Positions 56,769-64,000 of a stretch of 64,000 bases of DNA are shown in pieces. Within the stretch, counting starts at the first letter, position 1. Each line of letters begins with the position of its first letter. This DNA is from a virus, in IMG/VR virus record IMGVR_UViG_3300017971_000007. One strand, given 5' to 3'. The translations under genes were made by a program, and so were the position numbers. Under the pieces are notes generated by a model. The model was not told where the DNA came from. It saw only the letters and a list, made by a program, of their open reading frames with translations, and made no database searches.

Positions 56769-57514
56769 ACCTATATCCGTCATTCTTTGACGAACTAGAA
56801 AAAATCGCTGACTATAGCACAGCAGCAATTGCGCACGAATTAGGCCATGCTCAAGCTTTTGAGCAAAGCAAGATACCTGTAGGTCTAGATATTGGCGGAA
56901 GGGCGGCGATAAAATTAGTAGGCAATCTCGCATCATACCTTTCGACTCTACAAGGTAAGCCTGGTTTGGCCGCAATCTCATCGTTAGTAGCTGATTCCCC
57001 GACATTAGTAAGTGAGGGAAGAGCAAGTTACAAGGCCTTGAAGTCCCTGAAAGAAATGGGAATCAGTGAAGACGACTACAAGACTACCAGAAAGAATCTA
57101 GCCAAGGCATTCGGGACGTACATGATTCCAGCTGCAGCCAATGCTCTTACTAGAGCCGGTGCCTCGCATTTGATGAAGAAGGGTGTCGTGGGCAGGAGCC
57201 CCGATTCATTGGCTGGGACATTAATGACTGAATCGGTTATCGGTATGTTAGGTTCTGGAGCACTGAAAAAGTCATTCGACAAAACAAGGAAAGACTCGGT
57301 GTTAAGTAGAGAGCAGGTAGAGCAGTTAAAGAAGCAGATGGGAGTAGCTACTGGATTTTACAAGGCCAAGAAATCCCTACAATCAGATGCGTATATGCCT
57401 CCTCAACCAAAAATTCTTAGGAAGCCCATCGAGAGAAGTTTAAAGCCGTACCTGAGAGAGAAATCGAAATCTAAAGAGATTGTAGAAAAAGGCGGAATAT
57501 TGCTTTTGGATTAG
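56750..57514 (+). CDS. SFFDELEKIA-tagged zincin-like metallopeptidase
   Basis: HELGH (HExxH) plus downstream SEGRASYKA (third-ligand ExxA). Confidence 0.65.
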   Translation: MDRQALDLYPSFFDELEKIADYSTAAIAHELGHAQAFEQSKIPVGLDIGGRAAIKLVGNLASYLSTLQGKPGLAAISSLVADSPTLVSEGRASYKALKSLKEMGISEDDYKTTRKNLAKAFGTYMIPAAANALTRAGASHLMKKGVVGRSPDSLAGTLMTESVIGMLGSGALKKSFDKTRKDSVLSREQVEQLKKQMGVATGFYKAKKSLQSDAYMPPQPKILRKPIERSLKPYLREKSKSKEIVEKGGILLLD

Positions 57515-57518
57515 GGCT

Positions 57519-57809
57519 ATGATTACTTCCTTACTTAGTTCCTTTCCGTTGTACGCCGAGCTGGGGAAACTTGGTATTGTCGGCGTTGTTGTGGGCGTTC
57601 TTATCTATTTATTAGTGCAGAGTCGAAAAGAGGTCAGGCATCTGCTTTCCTCGAATGAGAAGTCAGCAACTGACTACATGAAGCACATAGATGAGCTGAC
57701 TAAAATCACAATAGAGACTAATTGGGAGTGCAGTAAGGCCATGACAGTACAGGCTGAGGTCCTGCGCTCATTTGAGAGAATCATCGACGGACAGAGGCGA
57801 GACAAATGA
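57519..57809 (+). CDS. single-TM membrane protein (BhlA-like holin architecture)
   Basis: LGIVGVVVGVLIYLLV followed by a coiled coil. Confidence 0.45.
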   Translation: MITSLLSSFPLYAELGKLGIVGVVVGVLIYLLVQSRKEVRHLLSSNEKSATDYMKHIDELTKITIETNWECSKAMTVQAEVLRSFERIIDGQRRDK

Positions 57810-58117
57810 ACGGTTTCAAGAAAACAATCGAGAGACTTGGACTAGTAGAAAAAGGGGTAATCGATGAACTCAAATTGGGGGGCGAGGAGCTTCTAGATTA
57901 TCTCGTCCAAAAGAAGATACTTGATAGTGAGTATCTTCCAATTATCAAGGAAGTGGCCGAGGATGTAGGAAGCGAGAACCAGCTTCAAGTTCTTAGGGGG
58001 GAACAGAAGATACTGAAGGTTCAGTGCTCTCACGTGATCAAGAAATCGGCGAAGATAATTGCTAGGATGAGAGATGCTCCTATCCCCAAGAAACATGATC
58101 TAGTGGCAGTAAAATGA
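57806..58117 (+). CDS. hypothetical protein, 103 aa
   Basis: ATGA overlaps on both sides. Confidence 0.65.
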   Translation: MNGFKKTIERLGLVEKGVIDELKLGGEELLDYLVQKKILDSEYLPIIKEVAEDVGSENQLQVLRGEQKILKVQCSHVIKKSAKIIARMRDAPIPKKHDLVAVK

Positions 58118-59514
58118 ACTCATCATTCTTCGACGAATTAACAAAGATAGCAGAAGAGCATAAACTACAAGGACATACTAATTTCCAGGGTATTCCGATT
58201 GCCGTAGAGAATAGGAAAGGGTCTGTTAGGAAAGGAACAGATTCTGACGGGAATGAGTGGCGAACGGAGATGAAGTACCCGTACGGGTATGTGAAGGGGA
58301 CGAAGGGGGCTGATGGGGAAGAAATCGATGTCTATGTCGGTCCTAATAAAGAATCCCCTAATGCTTTCGTAGTCCATCAAAAGGACAAGGATACCGGGAA
58401 GTATGACGAGGATAAATGCTTTCTTGGGTTCGATTCCAAGAAAGATACTAGAGAGGCTTTCCTGAAACACTACGACAGCCCGAAATTTTTGGGGCCTATA
58501 TCCAAGGTTCCGATAGAGAAGCTAAAAGAAAAAATAAGAGAAGGTAAGCAGCTGACGAAAATCAGTTCTTGTGTGGAATTTGAGAAAAATGCTGTCGACC
58601 CCCTCACGTTGGCCGGATTAGGGGCCTTGTCCCATGTAGGCGCGAACCTGGCCGTGAAAGCGGGACACGGAACAAAATTTCTTAGGAATGTGAGAAGCGG
58701 AGGTCTAGCCAGAGGAATCCGTTCTGGAATAGAAGGAAAGCCGCAGGGAATCGGAAGCAGGATGCTGGAAACGTGGGCCGGTCCGGAATTGGTGGCCACA
58801 GAGCATGCTGGAAGAGGTATCGGAAAGATATTAAGAGGGAGAACTCCTCATCAGCAAAAAAGAGCACTAAAGAAATTACGAAAAGCCGTGGCTATGAACC
58901 CAAACTTAAAACATACCCCGATAATGGAGGACGTAGTAGGAGGAGTAACTAAGGCAATAGAGGGAGGATTACCGAAAGCTGGACCGGTTAGAGAAGCTGG
59001 AAGGCTTGCAAGAGCTGCCGCATTCGCTCCAGCACCTATTCTGGCCGCGACCGAACCCTCGGCCTTAGTTCATATGGGAATTAATGTGGCCAGAAAGGGT
59101 GTAGCTCAAAGCAAAGCAGGCAAAGAGTTCATGAGAAAGGGTATGAAACGTGGTCTAGTAGAAGGGGGAGCAGATGCTGCTCCTTCTGTTAGGGAGAGGA
59201 TAATGGATGTCCTAGTTTCTCCAGCCGCCTTGCACACAGAACGTATGGGCAGAGCCATGGCGGACCTTCCTGCAACAGCTAGTAAAGAGCAGTTAGCTAG
59301 ATTAACCGGAGCTAGCCATAGTTTGATGGGTCAAAAAAGATTGAGAGGTGCTATCAAGAGGGCACCTAAGGCAGCCGAAGAAAAAATTAAAGGCGAGGCA
59401 AGACAGATTAGAGGCGATATCCAGGAAATGGCCCGTCCGGCTCCAAGGAAGGCTTCTCCAGCACCTTCTGTCGGTGCTACAGATTACGGCATACCATTGG
59501 GAGTAAGATGGTGA
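58114..59514 (+). CDS. SFFDELTKIA-tagged protein: inorganic-pyrophosphatase-like (InPase) domain + basic Gly/Ala-rich region
   Basis: IAVENRKGSVR, YGYVKGTKGADGEEIDVYVG and YDEDKCFLGF motifs of the phage InPase domain. Confidence 0.8.
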   Translation: MNSSFFDELTKIAEEHKLQGHTNFQGIPIAVENRKGSVRKGTDSDGNEWRTEMKYPYGYVKGTKGADGEEIDVYVGPNKESPNAFVVHQKDKDTGKYDEDKCFLGFDSKKDTREAFLKHYDSPKFLGPISKVPIEKLKEKIREGKQLTKISSCVEFEKNAVDPLTLAGLGALSHVGANLAVKAGHGTKFLRNVRSGGLARGIRSGIEGKPQGIGSRMLETWAGPELVATEHAGRGIGKILRGRTPHQQKRALKKLRKAVAMNPNLKHTPIMEDVVGGVTKAIEGGLPKAGPVREAGRLARAAAFAPAPILAATEPSALVHMGINVARKGVAQSKAGKEFMRKGMKRGLVEGGADAAPSVRERIMDVLVSPAALHTERMGRAMADLPATASKEQLARLTGASHSLMGQKRLRGAIKRAPKAAEEKIKGEARQIRGDIQEMARPAPRKASPAPSVGATDYGIPLGVRW

Positions 59515-60083
59515 AAGCAATAACAACCGCGATTATTGTGTATTCTCTCCACATGTTCATGTTCTCCTTTATACACCCGTCAGAGATTGTCGCGCAAGAA
59601 AGGTGTCGTACGCAAAATTATGACAACGCTGACGTAGAGCCTGATTATAGTTGTCCCGGTCCTGGGGAAGATGTCATCATCCCTTCCATGTCGTATAACC
59701 CGTCTAGGGGATTGGTGAGAGGTTCTACTATCCTTCCCATGAACGGAGACAAGATAGTTCTAGGATACGATGCGGTATTAATGGATAAAAACAAGACCAT
59801 CGAACTCGGTCTGACGGTAAAGGGATTGAGGAAATTGAGATGGATGGATTTGAAGTTCGTGAAGAAGATGTTTGAGGTTAATCTCAACGCCGAAAAATCT
59901 GTATTCAATTCGAGATTGGATTTTCAGAAAAGTAGGGTCGAAACGTGCATCAATCAGAGAGATGAGATAAAAAAAGAGCTCGAGAGCTCGAGCAAATGGT
60001 ATAAGAGCTGGCCGGTCGGTGCTATCATAGGGTCAATGGTAACAGCCGCAGTCATGACTGCGGTTTTCGCTGCCGTGGAATAG
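59508..60083 (+). CDS. exported coiled-coil protein with C-terminal TM (possible spanin component)
   Basis: hydrophobic N-terminus; KWYKSWPVGAIIGSMVTAAVMTAVF. Confidence 0.5.
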   Translation: MVKAITTAIIVYSLHMFMFSFIHPSEIVAQERCRTQNYDNADVEPDYSCPGPGEDVIIPSMSYNPSRGLVRGSTILPMNGDKIVLGYDAVLMDKNKTIELGLTVKGLRKLRWMDLKFVKKMFEVNLNAEKSVFNSRLDFQKSRVETCINQRDEIKKELESSSKWYKSWPVGAIIGSMVTAAVMTAVFAAVE

Positions 60084-60100
60084 TCTTAATTAGGTTAGTG

Positions 60101-60133
60101 AGGGGAGTCCGCGAAAACGGACTCCCCTTTTTT
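60101..60133 (+). terminator. strong intrinsic terminator ending the virion module
   Basis: 11-bp stem AGGGGAGTCCG/CGGACTCCCCT followed by T5. Confidence 0.85.
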
Positions 60134-60291
60134 CATTTAATCACTGCATCATTTAGAAGACGGGTTCTTAACTTGGATATTGAATCTAGATTTTTGGTAG
60201 ATATCCCTATCTTATTAGCCAATTTGATGAGCTGTTTCTCAGATAGGGAATAGAATTCGTCTTCGCCTAGTTCGACGAAACTAGGCTCCAC
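60133..60291 (-). CDS. 52-codon ORF, helix-extension-helix (Rho_N/HeH-like); probable -1 frameshift extension of the upstream gene
   Basis: GTG at 60291 to TGA at 60133: MEPSFVELGEDEFYSLSEKQLIKLANKIGISTKNLDSISKLRTRLLNDAVIK. Confidence 0.65.
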   Translation of the reverse strand: MEPSFVELGEDEFYSLSEKQLIKLANKIGISTKNLDSISKLRTRLLNDAVIK

Positions 60292-60300
60292 TACTTTCCC
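60265..60300 (-). other. candidate programmed -1 ribosomal frameshift signal
   Basis: in-frame G GGA AAG (60300-60294), 7-nt spacer, 8-bp hairpin (60286-60265). Confidence 0.65.
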
Positions 60301-60986
60301 TCTTCCTCCTCCTCTTCGAGCTTCTCATTTATTTCTTTGTCCAAATCACTGAATCCGAGATCGTCTGGAGCGTTATCGATGGTCAGAACCTCATCGTTTT
60401 CGAGCCACGAGCCGAGATGGAAAATCATTTCTCTGGCTGCCCATGCATTATCGGCGGATTCTTTCAGAGCCTTAGTTACCTCTTTTCCTCTCGCATCTGC
60501 TGCATCGGAAAGCCCGTCTACGATTTCTCCGATGTCATCGATCTTCTTTTCTTGTCTTGTCAATCGCTCATCAATTTTCTGAAGAATTTGCACCAAATCA
60601 GACTGCTGGCTTGGGGATGAGGCTTTAGAAGACTTTTTGGATCTCTTTTCTTGTCCCTTCTCCTCTTCCTCCTCGTCCTTTGATTCTTCCTCGTCTTTCG
60701 CTTCTTCTTCATCCACTTTTCGTCCGCGTCCCCGTTTTAGCCTGGACCCGCCACTCTTCTCCTTTTTCAGCTTACTCCCTTTCCCCTTCTTCTCCTTCTT
60801 TTCCTTCTTGTCTGATTTTTCGTCTTCTTCCGCAGCCCCTCCGTCTTGGTTTTCGAAGAGCCAATCCTTAAGCTCATCAACTCCCATCTCGTTGGCTTTC
60901 TTGGCGCTGAGACCTAGCTTCTTGACCAAACGCCGGGCTTCAATCCCTGTCATATCATCGATTTCTTCTCGGCTATACTTTGACAT
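60291..60986 (-). CDS. highly charged protein: N-terminal HeH-like domain, K/E-rich linker, coiled coil
   Basis: AAAGGAGG SD; IDDMTGIEARRLVKKLGL...ELKDWL. Confidence 0.75.
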   Translation of the reverse strand: MSKYSREEIDDMTGIEARRLVKKLGLSAKKANEMGVDELKDWLFENQDGGAAEEDEKSDKKEKKEKKGKGSKLKKEKSGGSRLKRGRGRKVDEEEAKDEEESKDEEEEEKGQEKRSKKSSKASSPSQQSDLVQILQKIDERLTRQEKKIDDIGEIVDGLSDAADARGKEVTKALKESADNAWAAREMIFHLGSWLENDEVLTIDNAPDDLGFSDLDKEINEKLEEEEEEGK

Positions 60987-61182
60987 TCTTGCCTCCTTTG
61001 ACCGGTTTCACCAGTATCTGATATGCCGTTTCTCCAGCTATCTGAATTATTTCCTGTCTCGCTTGTATGATATATTCTTCTGTGACTACCCAATCTCCAC
61101 ACCCTTCACAATTCCTAATCTTGTCTATGGTCGCGTCTTTGCATCTGCCCAGCTTGTCGCAGGTTTTGCAAATCTTATTCAT
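60973..61182 (-). CDS. small Cys-rich protein, 69 aa
   Basis: CKTC....C...CEGC; overlapping operon junctions. Confidence 0.65.
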   Translation of the reverse strand: MNKICKTCDKLGRCKDATIDKIRNCEGCGDWVVTEEYIIQARQEIIQIAGETAYQILVKPVKGGKNVKV

Positions 61183-61618
61183 TTCTATCTATCAACTCCC
61201 TATTCTCCAACACACATTCCAAAACCTTCAAATCCGTGCAGTCCCAACAGCATGTATCGCATTGAACTTGGGAGTGGATGAACTTCCAGTATTCGCATAT
61301 CGCTCCCTTTAGAACATTCCTATCTTTGTGTACAGGATTTAATTTGAATTGTTTCGGAGATTCCACTCCTCTTATCAAATCCATGAGTAGTTCCCTGCCC
61401 ATTCCCCTATGAATCACCTTCCACATTTCCTGTTCTTCTTTTAACGGAAGTCCGTGCAGGCACAACTCGACTAACTCACTGTCATTGAATTCATCCCACG
61501 GAATGTATGTTGTAGAATACTCAGTCTTTCCTCCTTTCTTTTTGTACTCCTGAATCAGGCAATATCTCTCATTTGTATGATTTGGTTCAGGAGGGAGTGA
61601 GGGTTCTATTTTACTCAT
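61175..61618 (-). CDS. hypothetical protein with Cys cluster (CDTCCWDC...C)
   Basis: AGGAG SD; ATGA overlap. Confidence 0.7.
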   Translation of the reverse strand: MSKIEPSLPPEPNHTNERYCLIQEYKKKGGKTEYSTTYIPWDEFNDSELVELCLHGLPLKEEQEMWKVIHRGMGRELLMDLIRGVESPKQFKLNPVHKDRNVLKGAICEYWKFIHSQVQCDTCCWDCTDLKVLECVLENRELIDRNE

Positions 61619-62082
61619 GTACCACTCCTAAAACATCTTAGTGATACGTTTACGGAAGGTTCTCTAACGGTCTTGGTTTTTGCGCAAAACAAGACAAAAG
61701 TGGAACTATCATCTATCCCAGTCGCATACTTTATGGCGTCTTCAAGAAGTTTGATTCTATTGCTCAGGTCTATCCTCTTCCATTTTGAAGATGACTTTCC
61801 CTTCTCCCATCCCTTGTTTTGGATATCACTGAATTTGAAGACGAGATACAGACCGTATTGCTCAGATAAAGAGAACTTATTTAAAACGAGGTCACCTGAT
61901 TTGGATATAGTATTTACGGCTCTAGTCCTCCAAGCATATGCCTCTTTGGTCAAAGCTCTACCTTTTCCAGGTATGTTCCTGTATATCTTGTTGCTTGTGG
62001 GAGGCATGGGAAGTTCCACATCAACAACTGTTCTTGACTGGCATATGCCAGTCAAGATTCTGTCTATCTCTTTTTTGACCAT
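61615..62082 (-). CDS. rusA: RusA-family Holliday junction resolvase
   Basis: PMPPTSNKIYR; RIDLSNRIKLLEDAI...GIDDS (DxxNxxKxxxD...DD). Confidence 0.85.
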   Translation of the reverse strand: MVKKEIDRILTGICQSRTVVDVELPMPPTSNKIYRNIPGKGRALTKEAYAWRTRAVNTISKSGDLVLNKFSLSEQYGLYLVFKFSDIQNKGWEKGKSSSKWKRIDLSNRIKLLEDAIKYATGIDDSSTFVLFCAKTKTVREPSVNVSLRCFRSGT

Positions 62083-62747
62083 CTTTCCTCTCTTGTGGAG
62101 CGAGATTCCCCTCTGACTGGTTTCGTGTATTTGGAATCTCTGGAAAATCCAGATACACGTGCTCGTACCCGCTGTCTGTGATTTTCGATGAACGAGGCTC
62201 TATTGCCGTGCCTCTCCCCATCCAATGCAATAGTCACGTTTCTGGATACAGTCTTCAGTGTGGCATCGGCACAATTTACTATCGGCAGCATCAGGTCGTG
62301 CATACACTTCAGTTTCAACAATTCAGAATTAGCGTGGACATATCTCGCATCTACAATCTGTTTCGAGTCTTTCACCTTCTCTGTACCGTCTTTAGCCAAT
62401 CTGACCTTCGCGCTCACGAATTTGAATACCTCCTCAGCCTCCCTCATTCTCGATATCAGACATCCTAGTTGATGAGAGACGTATTCATAATACGTGTGAG
62501 CTACCAGATACAGCTCTCCGAGTTCCTGCCATGTAAGTTGTTGTAAATTTCTCGGTATGTGAGGAGAGCCGTTTTTGAAGAATTGTGAATCAGTGAATCC
62601 AGGTTTCTCCTTGACGTATATCCCCATGCGATGGAGCTCATCCATCGCTCTATCGGATACTCTATAGGAAGCGATTGCATCTGGAATATCCGCGTACGGC
62701 TTTCCGCTCATCAACTTCTTGGCTTTAGGAGAAATCCTATCTCTCAT
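62064..62747 (-). CDS. helical protein, possibly a UvsY-like recombination mediator
   Basis: long amphipathic helices; sits between a nuclease and a resolvase; weak call. Confidence 0.35.
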   Translation of the reverse strand: MRDRISPKAKKLMSGKPYADIPDAIASYRVSDRAMDELHRMGIYVKEKPGFTDSQFFKNGSPHIPRNLQQLTWQELGELYLVAHTYYEYVSHQLGCLISRMREAEEVFKFVSAKVRLAKDGTEKVKDSKQIVDARYVHANSELLKLKCMHDLMLPIVNCADATLKTVSRNVTIALDGERHGNRASFIENHRQRVRARVSGFSRDSKYTKPVRGESRSTREERWSKKR

Positions 62748-63574
62748 TTTCTCTTTCTCCTGAAACCTTCTATTATGGTCTTCTTCCCTCTCGGATTGGG
62801 TTTACAGATATGGAAGTATCTGCACTCATAACAAAACATGCTGCATTCTCTAGGAGGAGGGGAGTTTTCTATGGCGGCCATTCTGACGAACAGTATTTTC
62901 TTGGATATCGCCTTCCATATTTCTGGATCAAATACTAGTGGAAACTCTAGAATAGATGATGTGTTCTTGTTGTAATACAGGATGTTCATCAGAGGGAGGT
63001 CCAAGCACGCCATGTAAAGCGTAGACTGGACAATGTGTTCTGGTTTCGGACCGTTTAGTTTGTCGAATAACTCGGTCTTGATGGATTTGATTTCTAGGCC
63101 GAATCTTATCTGATTCCCTAATTTTATCTCGAATATCCCATCTGTGGTTGAGACTATCTCCAGTCTATTCGCTTCCTGGCTGGTCTTCGGAGAAATGCCT
63201 ACTTCATCATTGAAGTCATATTCTTCGTTCGATCTCCTGGCTATTTCGTTCAAGTAAGCTTGTAGCTGTATATGTATTTGGGTTCCGGTATCGAAAATTC
63301 TCCTATTTCTCGGTTTCGTTCTTTGTACCGGTTCCTCTCCGATGTATCTGTAGTAAAGCATTCTTCCGCATCCCATGGGATATTTCCCACAAAGTGAGTG
63401 CCCGGTAGTCGAGCCTATATCGGATGCACTAAACACATACAAGCTTCTAGAGTTTTCTAGATTGAGGTCATCTAGATGTGAATCAATTCTCGGAAGAAGT
63501 TGGATCTCGGATTTCGCTTCTCTTATTTCTTCTGCGCTCAGTTCCTCCAGTTCTTTTATCGTCCTTACTTTCAT
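62744..63574 (-). CDS. Cas4-like PD-(D/E)XK exonuclease with Fe-S cysteines
   Basis: SASDIG, CGRMLYY, GTQIH, TDG, EIKS, QSTLYM, C-terminal C...CYECRYFHIC. Confidence 0.85.
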   Translation of the reverse strand: MKVRTIKELEELSAEEIREAKSEIQLLPRIDSHLDDLNLENSRSLYVFSASDIGSTTGHSLCGKYPMGCGRMLYYRYIGEEPVQRTKPRNRRIFDTGTQIHIQLQAYLNEIARRSNEEYDFNDEVGISPKTSQEANRLEIVSTTDGIFEIKLGNQIRFGLEIKSIKTELFDKLNGPKPEHIVQSTLYMACLDLPLMNILYYNKNTSSILEFPLVFDPEIWKAISKKILFVRMAAIENSPPPRECSMFCYECRYFHICKPNPRGKKTIIEGFRRKRK

Positions 63575-63998
63575 TAACCATCTCCAGAAATATTTGAAGG
63601 GGAATTACAGCAAAAGATTGCCCGGCTTTCTTGAATTCCACGACCAGAACAGGAATTTCATCTCCTGTAGCTTGGTCAGAGATTTTAGACAAGTAAGAAA
63701 GTTTTAGAGGCCACTGTCTCTCATTGTCCGTGAATTTGTGCTCTATCCTAAGTTTTCCCTGAACTCTTACATCTCCTTTCGCGCCACTCAGTTCCACATT
63801 CCCAGAACCTGGCTGTCTTCTGCCCCCTACAGATTCAGCTAATCTGCTTTCCAGGTCATGAGAACTTCTGATTCTTTGCTTTCTTTCTTTTATCTTGACT
63901 CTATCAGCGGCAGGCTTGGGTGTTATCAAGTTCAATTCAAGCGAGAATTCACTATCCTGTAAACATCGGTGACAGATATAGATTACAGTGTCCGGCAT
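63483..63998 (-). CDS. PD-(D/E)XK nuclease, Hjc-like phage resolvase (start may lie beyond the window)
   Basis: ESRLA...GRRQPGSG...KGDV...IEHK. Confidence 0.7.
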   Translation of the reverse strand: MPDTVIYICHRCLQDSEFSLELNLITPKPAADRVKIKERKQRIRSSHDLESRLAESVGGRRQPGSGNVELSGAKGDVRVQGKLRIEHKFTDNERQWPLKLSYLSKISDQATGDEIPVLVVEFKKAGQSFAVIPLQIFLEMVNESKDDKRTGGTERRRNKRSEIRDPTSSEN

Positions 63999-64000
63999 CT

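Noticed and set aside
6660-59908. Numerous antisense ORFs of 60-214 aa within the structural module
   Set aside because: Shadows of the long plus-strand genes with no SD or promoter support; only 20874-21083 and 37686-37994 were kept.
62744-63574. CRISPR-Cas system implied by the Cas4-like gene
   Set aside because: No array, cas1 or cas2 in the window; the context is a recombination operon.
1-64000. Stop-codon reassignment, as in some large phages
   Set aside because: Long ORFs tile the window in the standard code, and TAA, TAG and TGA all end genes at tight junctions.

Overview
The window looks like a segment of a large, probably contractile-tailed (jumbo-type) bacteriophage genome read in the standard code. 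It has three parts. (1) 1-6280: a mostly minus-strand region of small, probably early genes. Six copies of a shared promoter motif (AAAAA-N3-AC-N10-GTATAAGA; a seventh is at ~21110) sit here, along with a MYG1-family DHH nuclease gene and four hairpin-dense intergenic stretches that look like structured ncRNAs (~560, ~260, ~200 and ~170 nt). (2) 6303-60083: a plus-strand virion module with tape measure, hub-like, gp25-like, baseplate J-like and wedge proteins, fibre/spike proteins, a sigma-70-family factor and holin/spanin-like genes. At least six unrelated proteins scattered through it share a short F-F-D-E-L-x-K-I-A peptide. I read this as a candidate capsid-targeting/maturation-cleavage tag on injected cargo (InPase domain, zincin, basic proteins, possibly the sigma factor). 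(3) 60133-64000: a minus-strand recombination module (Hjc-like nuclease, Cas4-like exonuclease, RusA). It ends in a gene with a textbook -1 frameshift signal (G GGA AAG, 7-nt spacer, hairpin). I recognised no capsid, portal, terminase, tRNA, rRNA or CRISPR array. All family calls come from reading motifs by eye; no database search was run.
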